A stretch of DNA of 64,000 nt from Daphnia carinata (lineage: Eukaryota): positions 1 through 64,000 of the forward strand of contig NC_081333.1 in NCBI RefSeq assembly GCF_022539665.2. Direction: 5' to 3'. The notes under the pieces are model-generated. The model saw nothing but the letters and a program-made list of their open reading frames with translations, was not told where the DNA came from and did not search any database. This document shows, piece by piece, positions 1 through 11,287 of the stretch. The number at the start of each line of letters is the position of its first letter. Position 1 is the first letter of the stretch. The position numbers and the translations under genes were made by a program.

Positions 1-2
1 AC

Positions 3-2459
3 GAAAAATGTCTAACACACCATGGAGTAAACAAGCAAATGACATTAGAAGAATGCGACAAAGAGTGGCCGCAATGTCAAGAAGAACTAAGAAAACTAAT
101 TAACAGCAACGATCCATTAGTACAATCACAAACAATGGTAGCCAACTGTAGCAAAGCAACAGAACGAGGACAAGCTTTCGAATATACATCTGATTTCACC
201 ATCAGACCGTTCAACACAAACACCTGTATCAAAGCCAATACGACAATGCTAGTACTTCAAGAGTGCGCTAGCACCAGCTCAATCTGGGGCACATTTGAGC
301 ACACAGGACAGCTCATGGCAACAGATAGAACTGGGCTACATTCACCCTCATCAGACAGGAAGTGTCTCACACAGAGAGTAGGACGGGTGACCCTGGGGCA
401 TTGTCACAGCTCCAGCCAAAAACAGCACTTTAACTTTGAATATCGCAACCCACACCAAATACGGACTCTCTCAGCGGCAGCCATCATAGCACTGCACACT
501 AAACAGCCATTGGACGGGAAAACACTCCCAACCATACCACCACTAATGAAAAGAGAGGATAACAACCAATCAGAGAACAGCAAAACTTTGGCCACACCCC
601 CTGCCACGCCCACAACAGAAAAACACACAACAACGACAAGCGTTACAACGACTACAAAGCCCACAATAAAAACCACACTGGGAACAACAGCAAAAACAAC
701 AGTAAAAAGCACTACGACAATTAAACCAGTTACAAGCACAGCAGCTAGCAAACCCACCACAACACAGAAAGTGACAACTAAACCCAGTATGACATCAACG
801 TCAACAAAACCCACCACAACTACAAAACCAATAATCACATCGACAAGCACTAAACCCACCACTACTACTAGACCTACGGCAACTGCTAAGATAACTTCAA
901 CTTCAACAACCACTACAACTACAAAACTTACGACAACAACAACAATGGCCACTACAACAAGTTCCACAACAACAGAGAAAACAACAACGCCTACTACGAC
1001 GAGTTCCACAACAACAGCGACAACAACGACGCACCAGCCAAGCTCAATAACGCCGAGCACAAAAACAGTAATCGAAAGTTCGACTACCCAACAATCATCA
1101 ACACATACTGCCGGAGTAACCCCTTTAGCACTAACGGGAACAACGTCTACAACAGAAGGAACTCAAATTCAGGCCATCGAAGAAAGCAGTATTCGAAACT
1201 TGCCGTTAGCTGATTCTTTGATAATTTCAATGGATCAAAAAGCTGAAGATACATCAAACAATGAAAATTTAGAAGCCGATTTACCCAAAAACATTGAAGA
1301 ATTCAACGACAAAATTAAATACGAAATAAGTAAAATGCACGACCAATATAAGATAAGCATCGAAACTGAACACGAAAACAAGTTGGCAAAAGAAATTCGG
1401 GACGTTTATTGTCAACTATCAGCAATCAAAAGAACACAAGCAGTTATATTAGCCCAAACCAACGGAATTTTAGCAGCAGCAGCAGTAGGTTTACCAATCT
1501 GCACAAGACTACAAGGCTTCGGTCAAGCAATGACACTTCAACAATGCGAGGCAAAAAGAATTTTTATATCAGCAAACGAAACCAAATGTGGATTTCAGCC
1601 GTTTTTTACTTACGAAGGAAAAAACTGTACGATTGGAACAGATGGATGGTCAATTCATCCATATTCTGATTGTTTCTGGAAAACACCTTTGGTAAATTTA
1701 AATGGAAATCCACACACATGGGAACACAATTCTACGACAGGAGATTGGATACGCCAGACACCTAGCATTCACATGCCTAATTTAGACCTCATTTCAGAAT
1801 TTGAAGAACTCCATCTTAACGATTTCGACTTCGCGCTGAAAAGCCATCCAGCACACGAGACGATGGAAATGGAACAATTAAATATTCTAAATGACCTAGT
1901 TGGCAGAATGCAAGAAGGCAACTCCAATTCTGTTGGAGACATTGTAATGTCAGAACAACAAGATAATCAAATAGGAAACATGTTCTCATGGTTCGACAAA
2001 CTAAAAATAATTGGTCTATCAGCGATAGGATTTGTACTATTCCTCGTATGTTTACGAATCTTCATTATTTGCAACCCCATCTCGAAGATAAAAGAACATA
2101 TCCGCAGAAAACGGAACTTTACAACCAGATACGATGATGGCGTAGAGGAAGAACACGAACTCGCATCAATGATACCGGCACGAGAAACAAATTACCATTC
2201 GGAAATAGCAATCGAACAACCGTTCCTAAGAACAACCGCCCCTGCACAACTAACAACAGAAAGACAAGGTCAAATGCGCCCTCCCCGACCAAGTGCACCA
2301 AATTCATTAATTTACCCCTCTATCGAAACAACTGACACAATCACACGATGTACAGGAAAACACACCATGTGCACTTACGTCGTCGGATATGGCATGGTTT
2401 GGGAAGACCTATGCCGTTGCATGTCCGAAACAGACAATAGTAATTCAGCCAGAAAGTAA
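3..2459 (+). CDS. env: Envelope-like type I membrane glycoprotein, 5'-truncated by the window: ricin B-type lectin repeats, Thr-rich mucin region, class III (gB-like) fusion-protein core, TM helix, cytoplasmic tail
   Basis: Frame is open from nt 3 (EKCLTHHGVNKQMTLEEC). Ricin-like motifs KCLT...LxxC...QxF. Thr-rich region ~590-1160. HDQYKISIETEHENKLAKEIRDVYC...NGILAAAAVG...GQAMTLQQC resembles the gB central helix/domain III. TM LKIIGLSAIGFVLFLVCLRIFII at ~2000-2070. Confidence 0.75.
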   Translation, partial: EKCLTHHGVNKQMTLEECDKEWPQCQEELRKLINSNDPLVQSQTMVANCSKATERGQAFEYTSDFTIRPFNTNTCIKANTTMLVLQECASTSSIWGTFEHTGQLMATDRTGLHSPSSDRKCLTQRVGRVTLGHCHSSSQKQHFNFEYRNPHQIRTLSAAAIIALHTKQPLDGKTLPTIPPLMKREDNNQSENSKTLATPPATPTTEKHTTTTSVTTTTKPTIKTTLGTTAKTTVKSTTTIKPVTSTAASKPTTTQKVTTKPSMTSTSTKPTTTTKPIITSTSTKPTTTTRPTATAKITSTSTTTTTTKLTTTTTMATTTSSTTTEKTTTPTTTSSTTTATTTTHQPSSITPSTKTVIESSTTQQSSTHTAGVTPLALTGTTSTTEGTQIQAIEESSIRNLPLADSLIISMDQKAEDTSNNENLEADLPKNIEEFNDKIKYEISKMHDQYKISIETEHENKLAKEIRDVYCQLSAIKRTQAVILAQTNGILAAAAVGLPICTRLQGFGQAMTLQQCEAKRIFISANETKCGFQPFFTYEGKNCTIGTDGWSIHPYSDCFWKTPLVNLNGNPHTWEHNSTTGDWIRQTPSIHMPNLDLISEFEELHLNDFDFALKSHPAHETMEMEQLNILNDLVGRMQEGNSNSVGDIVMSEQQDNQIGNMFSWFDKLKIIGLSAIGFVLFLVCLRIFIICNPISKIKEHIRRKRNFTTRYDDGVEEEHELASMIPARETNYHSEIAIEQPFLRTTAPAQLTTERQGQMRPPRPSAPNSLIYPSIETTDTITRCTGKHTMCTYVVGYGMVWEDLCRCMSETDNSNSARK

Positions 2460-2782
2460 AAGTCCCAAGGTCATTGAAATTAAAAGTAGCCACTAAACAT
2501 AACCCCTGACAAATTTAATTAATTACAAAATAAATTAGCTCCCAGAAAATAACACACTTATCAGCATTTTTTTTTTTTTTCGACCACTTAGGTGATTTTT
2601 AAAATATATCCCATACTCGTAACTTTATAGTAAAACAAAAGGTAGAGACAAAACCCGAATAACAATTTTGTATTCCAAACTAACATGAAATAAAAAATTC
2701 AAAATAGAAAACCTTTGGGATTGACAAAACAAAAATTACAAACCCAAATAACATTTTTTTTTTTTCCCTCGACTAAAACAAA

Positions 2783-2820
<38 letters not shown>

Positions 2821-3182
2821 ATAACAAAATCACCGGAGAAAAAGCAGTGTAGTGTAACAAAGAACGACAGAAACTAACGCACGAAGAAAAAGAGACGCAA
2901 GAACCCCTATAAGAAAAGACAATGACTTAAAAAGGAAAATAGAAAGTTCAAAATGTAACGGTATATTCATCAATTCGCCCCACGGCGAAATAGAAGACGG
3001 AACACATTAAAATAGAAGAAACTACCTGTTTTGAAATTAAGAAGAGGGGAACAAGAATTTATGAAAAACTCTGCAAAAGAAGACTTTTCAAAAAACTAAC
3101 CTCTTCCCAGTGTTTCAACGACATAATTCAGACAAAGTTCTACAAAGAAAAGTGTCATCACAAGTCAACCTTTACCCTAAAA

Positions 3183-4424
3183 ATGGAAAACAACAACATC
3201 ACTCAGGATAACGCAATGGACGTAACCATCATCCCACAAGAAGAAAAAGAATACGAATTAATATACATTAGTGATACTGAAAGTGAGAATAGCCAGCAGG
3301 AGTACAAAGAAAAGGAAAGTGCTAAAAATGCAGATGTGAACAAGCAGATAGTGAAAAATGTAGAATGGGACGGAATCAAAACCGAGAAAAACGATTTTTC
3401 CGAACTAGAGAGAAAAAGGAAAGACATCAGTGAATCAAGTGACGACGACACCGAGGAGGTAAATGCCTATAGTGAAATGGAACCCGATCTGGATAGTACC
3501 TACAGTACTGAATTTATATTGGAAAATAACAGTGACAACGGTTTCCAATATGACCCACCCCACGGTACCGAATTGGAAAATGTTAGTGACACCGACCTCC
3601 AATGCGAACCGCCCAAAAAACGGAGCAGACCGAATAACCAACAAAGGGAAACAGAAACATGCAAGAACTGTCGGATGAAGACAATAGCACCCCTTTCAAC
3701 AGAACAAGCAGAGAAGATTCAACTGCACCGACAGGCTACTATTGACTTGGAAGACGGAAAACTTTGTCTATCAATGATGGAAGCTACACTACCAACTATA
3801 AGAAGATGCATCCAAAAAAGATTAGAATCGCTAGGATGTTGGCCACGACAAAAAATGGCCATATTCCTTAATAAAAGATACGAGGAAGGACGTACCCTGC
3901 TCCACACCAGTATACAAAAAGTAAGGTACGACATAACTGATGCTCTACTTGCCTATGGGGCAAACCCCGAGATAATGTATCGAGGCAGCACAATTGGACA
4001 CATGGCAGCGGAAAATAACGACTTATTCCTGGTAAGGATACTAAAACACCACAACTGCGAGTTCACAAATCGCAATAAAGACGGAGAAACCCCGCTAATG
4101 ACAGCAATATCACACGAACATGAGGAATGCGCACGCCTAATTTCGACACCAACAAACATCAAAATAGCAACCAGCAAGGGCAGAACCATCTTGCATTACC
4201 TCGCCAGATATGGACTCGAAGACTTGGCTACACAAATCTGTACAAAAAGAATAATTGACGTCAACCAGCAAGACGAAACGGGCACAACTGCCTTACACGA
4301 AGCAGTGAAATATAAACGACTGGACATGATCGAATTACTGCTTCTACATGGAGCAGATAAAAAGATAAAAGACAACCGTGGACATACGGCTGTAGCAAAT
4401 AATAACAGCACAAACATACAATAA
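3183..4424 (+). CDS. Ankyrin-repeat protein (~5 repeats) with acidic N-terminus and basic NLS-like motif, inside the retroelement
   Basis: Intronless 413-aa ORF with motifs GRTLLH, GSTIGH, GETPLM, GRTILH and GTTALHEAV...LLLLHGAD; PPKKRSR motif. The frame stays open upstream to 2994 without an ATG. Confidence 0.85.
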   Translation: MENNNITQDNAMDVTIIPQEEKEYELIYISDTESENSQQEYKEKESAKNADVNKQIVKNVEWDGIKTEKNDFSELERKRKDISESSDDDTEEVNAYSEMEPDLDSTYSTEFILENNSDNGFQYDPPHGTELENVSDTDLQCEPPKKRSRPNNQQRETETCKNCRMKTIAPLSTEQAEKIQLHRQATIDLEDGKLCLSMMEATLPTIRRCIQKRLESLGCWPRQKMAIFLNKRYEEGRTLLHTSIQKVRYDITDALLAYGANPEIMYRGSTIGHMAAENNDLFLVRILKHHNCEFTNRNKDGETPLMTAISHEHEECARLISTPTNIKIATSKGRTILHYLARYGLEDLATQICTKRIIDVNQQDETGTTALHEAVKYKRLDMIELLLLHGADKKIKDNRGHTAVANNNSTNIQ

Positions 4425-4485
4425 TCAAGACAAAGGTGGAACGAGTTATTCAACCATAGTCATCATTAGTATTCATAGAAGCAGC

Positions 4486-4837
4486 TGTAGTTGGTGACGG
4501 AAAAAGAAGAAGGAGAACAATTTCTGCTAAAAATTCAGGTGAAGGAACAAGTTTTTTATATTATCCGTAAAACAATAGTCGGTGATGGAAACACACACAT
4601 TGGAGGACCAATTCTTCTCATCGAAGAGGGGAAAGAATGTAACGAGCCCACAGGCTATCCGAAGACGGCCACACCCTCAACATCCCTCAAGCGTTTCACA
4701 AGTGAAAGTGAACGTGTCCCCTCCCATTTTACCTTCATTTTGTATGTGTGTTAGTAGTATAAATACTGCATTTTTGTAACATGTAATTCGGACTTGTACG
4801 ACAATCCACTGCAATACACAAGGTTTGAAACTTTACA
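4486..4837 (+). repeat. Putative 3' LTR (352 bp)
   Basis: Starts TGTAG after purine-rich ATAGAAGCAGC and ends TTTACA; TATAAATA near 4758; satellite resumes at once with CACGTATATTTG. The partner LTR is not in the window. Confidence 0.7.
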
Positions 4838-7800
4838 CACGTATATTTGATGCTGTTTGAATGTAGATCATGAAACTGCTTCTATAACACTATATTCACA
4901 TTGAATACACGTATATTTGATACTGTTTGAATTTAGATCATGAAACTGATTCTATAACACTATATTCACATTGAATACACGTATATTTGATGCTGTTTGA
5001 ATGTAGATATTGAAACTCACTGTACCACACTATATTCACATTGAATACACGTATATTTGATACTGTTTGAATGTAGATCATGAAACTGATTCTATAACAC
5101 TATAATCACATTGAATACACGTATATTTGATGCTGTTTGAATGCAGATATTGAAACTGATTCTATAACACTATATTCACATTGAATAAACGTATATTTGA
5201 TGCTGTTTGAATGTAGATCATGAAACTGAATCTATAACACTATATTCACATTGAATACACGTATATTTGATACTGTTTGAATTTAGATCATGAAACTGAT
5301 TCTATAACACTATATTCACATTGAATACACGTATATTTGATGCTGTTTGAATGTAGATATTGAAACTCACTGTATCACACTATATTCACATTGAATACAC
5401 TTATATTTGATGCTGTTTGAATGTATATATTGAAACTCACTGTATCACACTATATTCACATTGAATACACGTATATTTGATGCTGTTTGAATGTAAATAT
5501 TGAAACTCACTGTATCACACTATATTCACATTGAATACACGTATATTTGATGCTGTTTGAATGTAGATATTGAAACTCACTGTATCACACTATATTCACA
5601 TTGAATACACGTATATTTGATGCTGTTTGAATGTAGATATTGAAACTCACTGTATCACACTATATTCACATTGAATACACGTATATTTGATACTGTTTGA
5701 ATTTAGATCATGAAACTGATTCTATAACACTATATTCACATTGAATACACGTATATTTGATGCTGTTTGAATGTAGATATTGAAACTCACTGTATCACAC
5801 TATATTCACATTGAATACACGTATATTTGATGCTGCTTGAATGTAGATATTGAAACTCACTGTATCACACTATATTCACATTGAATACACGTATATTTGA
5901 TGCTGTTTGAATGTAGATATTGAAACTGATTCTATAACACTATATTCACATTGAATACACGTATATTTGATGCTGTTTGAATGTAGATATTTAAACTCAC
6001 TGTATGACACTATATTCACATTGAATACACGTATATTTGATGCTGTTTGAATGTAGATATTGACACTCACTGTATCACACTATATTCACATTGAATACAC
6101 GTATATTTGATGCTGTTTGAATGTAGATCATGAAACTGATTCTATAACACTATATTCACATTGAATACACGTATATTTGATGCTGTTTGAATGTAGATAT
6201 TGAAACTCACTGTATCACACTATATTCACATTGAATACACGTATATTTGATGCTGTTTGAATGTAGATATTGAAACTCACTGTATCACACTATATTCACA
6301 TTGAATACACGTATATTTGATGCTGTTTGAATGTAGATATGAAACTCATTCTATAACACTATATTCACAATGAATGCACGTATATTTGATGCTGTTTGAA
6401 TGTAGATCATGAAACTGATTCTATAACACTATATTCACATTGAATACACGTATATTTGATGCTGTTTGAATGTAGATATTGAAACTCACTGTATCACACT
6501 ATATTCACATTGAATACACGTATATTTGATGCTGTTTGAATGTATATATTGAAACTCACTGTATCACACTATATTCACATTGAATACACGTATATTTGAT
6601 GCTGTTTGAATGTAGATATTGAAACTCACTGTATCACACTATATTCACATTGAATACACGTATATTTGATGCTGTTTGAATGTAGATATTGAAACTCACT
6701 GTATCACACTATATTCACATTGAATACACGTATATTTGATGCTGTTTGAATGTAGATATTGAAACTCACTGTATCACACTATATTCACATTGAATACACG
6801 TATATTTGATGCTGTTTGAATGTAGATCATGAAACTGATTCTATAACACTATATTCACATTGAATACACGTATATTTGATGCTGTTTGAATGTAGATATT
6901 GAAACTCACTGTATCACACTATATTCACATTGAATACACGTATATTTGATGCTGTTTGAATGTAGATATTGAAACTCACTGTATCACACTATATTCACAT
7001 TGAATACACGTATATTTGATGCTGTTTGAATGTAGATATTGAAACTGATTCTATAACACTATATTCACATTGAATACACGTATATTTGATGCTGTTTGAA
7101 TGTAGATATTGAAACTCACTGTATGACACTATATTCACATTGAATACACGTATATTTGATGCTGTTTGAATGTAGATATTGACACTCACTGTATCACACT
7201 ATATTCACATTGAATACACGTATATTTGATGCTGTTTGAATGTAGATATTGAAACTCACTGTATCACACTATATTCACATTGAATACACGTATATTTGAT
7301 GCTGTTTGAATGTATATATTGAAACTCACTGTATCACACTATATTCACATTGAATACACGTATATTTGATGCTGTTTGAATGTAGATATTGAAACTCACT
7401 GTATCACACTATATTCACATTGAATACACGTATATTTGATGCTGTTTGAATGTAGATATTGAAACTCACTGTATCACACTATATTCACATTGAATACACG
7501 TATATTTGATGCTGTTTGAATGTAGATATTGAAACTCACTGTATCACACTATATTCACATTGAATACACGTATATTTGATGCTGTTTGAATGTAGATATT
7601 GAAACTGATTCTATAACACTATATTCACATTGAATACACGTATATTTGTGCTGTTTGAATGTAGATATTGAAACTGATTCTATAACACTATATTCACATT
7701 GAATACACGTATATTTGATGCTGTTTGAATGTAGATATTGAAACTGATTCTATAACACTATATTCACATTGAATACACGTATATTTGATGCTGTTTGAAT

Positions 7801-10800
7801 GTAGATATTGAAACTCACTGTATCACACTATATTCACATTGAATACACGTATATTTGATGCTGTTTGAATGTATATATTGAAACTCACTGTATCACACTA
7901 TATTCACATTGAATACACGTATATTTGATGCTGTTTGAATGTAGATATTGAAACTCACTGTATCAACACTATATTCACATTGAATACACGTATATTTGAT
8001 GCTGTTTGAATGTAGATATTGAAACTGATTCTATAACACTATATTCACATTGAATACACGTATATTTGATGCTGTTTGAATGTAGATATTGAAACTCACT
8101 GTATCACACTATATTCACATTGAATACACGTATATTTGATGCTGTTTGAATGTAGATATTGAAACTCACTGTATCACACTATATTCACATTGAATACACG
8201 TATATTTGATGCTGTTTGAATGTAGATATTGAAACTGATTCTATAACACTATATTCACATTGAATACACGTATATTTGATGCTGTTTGAATGTAGATATT
8301 GAAACTGATTCTATAACACTATATTCACATTGAATACACGTATATTTGATGCTGTTTGAATGTAGATATTGAAACTGATTCTATAACACTATATTCACAT
8401 TGAATACACGTATATTTGATGCTGTTTGAATGTAGATATTGAAACTCACTGTATCACACTATATTCACATTGAATACACGTATATTTGATGCTGTTTGAA
8501 TGTAGATATTGAAACTGATTCTATAACACTATATTCACATTGAATACACGTATATTTGATGCTGTTTGAATGTAGATATTGAAACTCACTGTATCACACT
8601 ATATTCACATTGAATACACGTATATTTGATGCTGTTTGAATGTAGATATTGAAACTGATTCTATAACACTATATTCACATTGAATACACGTATATTTGAT
8701 GCTGTTTGAATGTAGATATTGAAACTCACTGTATCACACTATATTCACATTGAATACACGTATATTTGATGCTGTTTGAATGTAGATATTGAAACTGATT
8801 CTATAACACTATATTCACATTGAATACACGTATATTTGATGCTGTTTGAATGTAGATATTGAAACTGATTCTATAACACTATATTCACATTGAATACACG
8901 TATATTTGATGCTGTTTGAATGTAGATATTGAAACTGATTCTATAACACTATATTCACATTGAATACACGTATATTTGATGCTGTTTGAATGTAGATATT
9001 GAAACTGATTCTATAACACTATATTCACATTGAATACACGTATATTTGATGCTGTTTGAATGTAGATATTGAAACTCACTGTATCACACTATATACACAT
9101 AGAAACAACGTATCTTTGATACAGTAAGAGTGAACATAATGAAACTGATTCTATAACAGTATATTCACATTGAATACACGTATATTTGATGCTGTTTGAA
9201 TGTAGATATTGAAACTGATTCTATAACACTATATTCACATTGAATACACGTATATTTGATGCTGTTTGAATGTAGATATTGAAACTCACTGTATCACACT
9301 ATATTCACATTGAATACACGTATATTTGATGCTGTTTGAATGTAGATATTGAAACTCACTGTATCACACTATATTCACATTGAATACACGTATATTTGAT
9401 GCTGTTTGAATGTAGATATTGAAACTCACTGTATCACACTATATTCACATTGAATACACGTATATTTGATGCTGTTTGAATGTAGATATTGAAACTCACT
9501 GTATCACACTATATTCACATTGAATACACGTATATTTGATGCTGTTTGAATGTAGATATTGAAACTCACTGTATCACACTATATTCACATTGAATACACG
9601 TATATTTGATGCTGTTTGAATGTAGATATTGAAACTGATTCTATAACACTATATTCACATTGAATACACGTATATTTGATGCTGTTTGAATGTAGATATT
9701 GAAACTCACTGTATCACACACTATATTCACATTGAATACACGTATATTTGATGCTGTTTGAATGTAGATATTGAAACTCACTGTATCACACTATATTCAC
9801 ATTGAATACACGTATATTTGATGCTGTTTGAATGTAGATATTGACACTCACTGTATCACACTATATTCACATTGAATACACGTATATTTGATGCTGTTTG
9901 AATGTAGATATTGAAACTCACTGTATCACACTATATTCACATTGAATACACGTATATTTGATGCTGTTTGAATGTAGATATTGAAACTCACTGTATCACA
10001 CTATATTCACATTGAATACACGTATATTTGATGCTGTTTGAATGTAGATATTGACACTCACTGTATCACACTATATTCACATTGAATACACGTATATTTG
10101 ATGCTGTTTGAATGTAGATATTGAAACTCATTCTATCACACTATATTCACATTGAATACACGTATATTTGATGCTGTTTGAATGTAGATATTGAAACTCA
10201 CTGTATCACACTATATTCACATTGAATACACGTATATTTGATGCTGTTTGAATGTAGATATGAAACTGATTCTATAACACTATATTCACATTGAATACAC
10301 GTATATTTGATGCTGTTTGAATGTAGATATTGAAACTCACTGTATCACACTATATTCACATTGAATACACGTATATTTGATGCTGTTTGAATGTAGATAT
10401 TGAAACTCACTGTATCACACTATATTCACATTGAATACACGTATATTTGATGCTGTTTGAATGTAGATATTGAAACTCACTGTATCACACTATATTCACA
10501 TTGAATACACGTATATTTGATGCTGTTTGAATGTAGATATGAAACTGATTCTATAACACTATATTCACATTGAATACACGTATATTTGATGCTGTTTGAA
10601 TGTAGATATTGAAACTGATTCTATAACACTATATTCACATTGAATACACGTATATTTGATGCTGTTTGAATGTAGATATTGAAACTCACTGTATCACACT
10701 ATATTAACATTGAATACACGTATATTTGATGCTGTTTAAATGTAGATAATGAAACTGATTCTATAACAGTATATTCACATTGAATACACGTATATTTGAT

Positions 10801-10902
10801 GCTGTTTGAATGTAGATCATGAAACTGATTCTATAACACTATATTCACATTGAATACACGTATATTTGATGCTGTTTGAATGTAGATATTGAAACTCACT
10901 GT
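4838..10902. repeat. 70-bp satellite array, left block (~87 monomers)
   Basis: Tandem GTATATTTGATGCTGTTTGAATGTAGATATTGAAACTCACTGTATCACACTATATTCACATTGAATACAC, with a variant carrying ...TCATGAAACTGATTCTATAAC... Confidence 0.98.
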
Positions 10903-11249
10903 TGTTAAGAATATCAGCCACGTCACAACGCATCGCCCACCAGATGGCACTGAATGCAATAGAGAAGCTGCCGTTCTCTACACAGCCTTCATGGATGCTG
11001 TTAAACACCTCCCCTGTCTACTTAATCATCGTCTGCTGCGCCGTCATCACGCTCTGTCTGACGGCTGCCCCTTTATCTCTCAAGTGATTTATTTCTCTAG
11101 AACTAACGCTGAGTTCACTTTCTCAATACTCACATGGTAAATATCATCATATTGTATGTACATTGATGCAGATATGAGATTGTTAGATATTTCATGTACC
11201 TGTGCAAAGAATACAGAAGCCTCGCTCTCATATCCTTGTGTATCTAACA
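10903..11249 (+). repeat. Copia 5' LTR (347 bp)
   Basis: TGTTAAGAAT...ATCTAACA; matches 15806-16158 apart from a 6-bp indel (AATACT). Confidence 0.97.
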
Positions 11250-11263
11250 GGTTATGGGCCCAG
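11250..11263 (+). promoter_or_regulatory. Primer-binding site GGTTATGGGCCCAG (Drosophila copia-type, complementary to the internal half of tRNA-iMet)
   Basis: Lies immediately after the 5' LTR; sequence matches the known half-tRNAiMet PBS of copia. Confidence 0.9.
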
Positions 11264-11287
11264 TACCTTCAACCAGTTATACTCAAG

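Larger units (their letters stand above)
1..4837 (+). mobile_element. 3' part of an env-bearing LTR retroelement (gag/pol outside the window; Gypsy vs BEL/Pao unresolved)
   Basis: Env-like ORF, then ankyrin ORF, then a purine-rich tract and a TGTA...TACA-bounded 352-bp segment that abuts the 70-bp satellite mid-monomer. The plus strand is A/C-rich throughout. Confidence 0.75.

Noticed and set aside
404..1060. 218-aa Val-rich minus-strand ORF
   Set aside because: Antisense shadow of the ACN (Thr) codons in the env mucin region.
10817..11140. Short ORFs over the copia LTRs (also 15702-16043) and within the satellite
   Set aside because: Chance ORFs duplicated only because the underlying DNA is repeated; no protein motifs.
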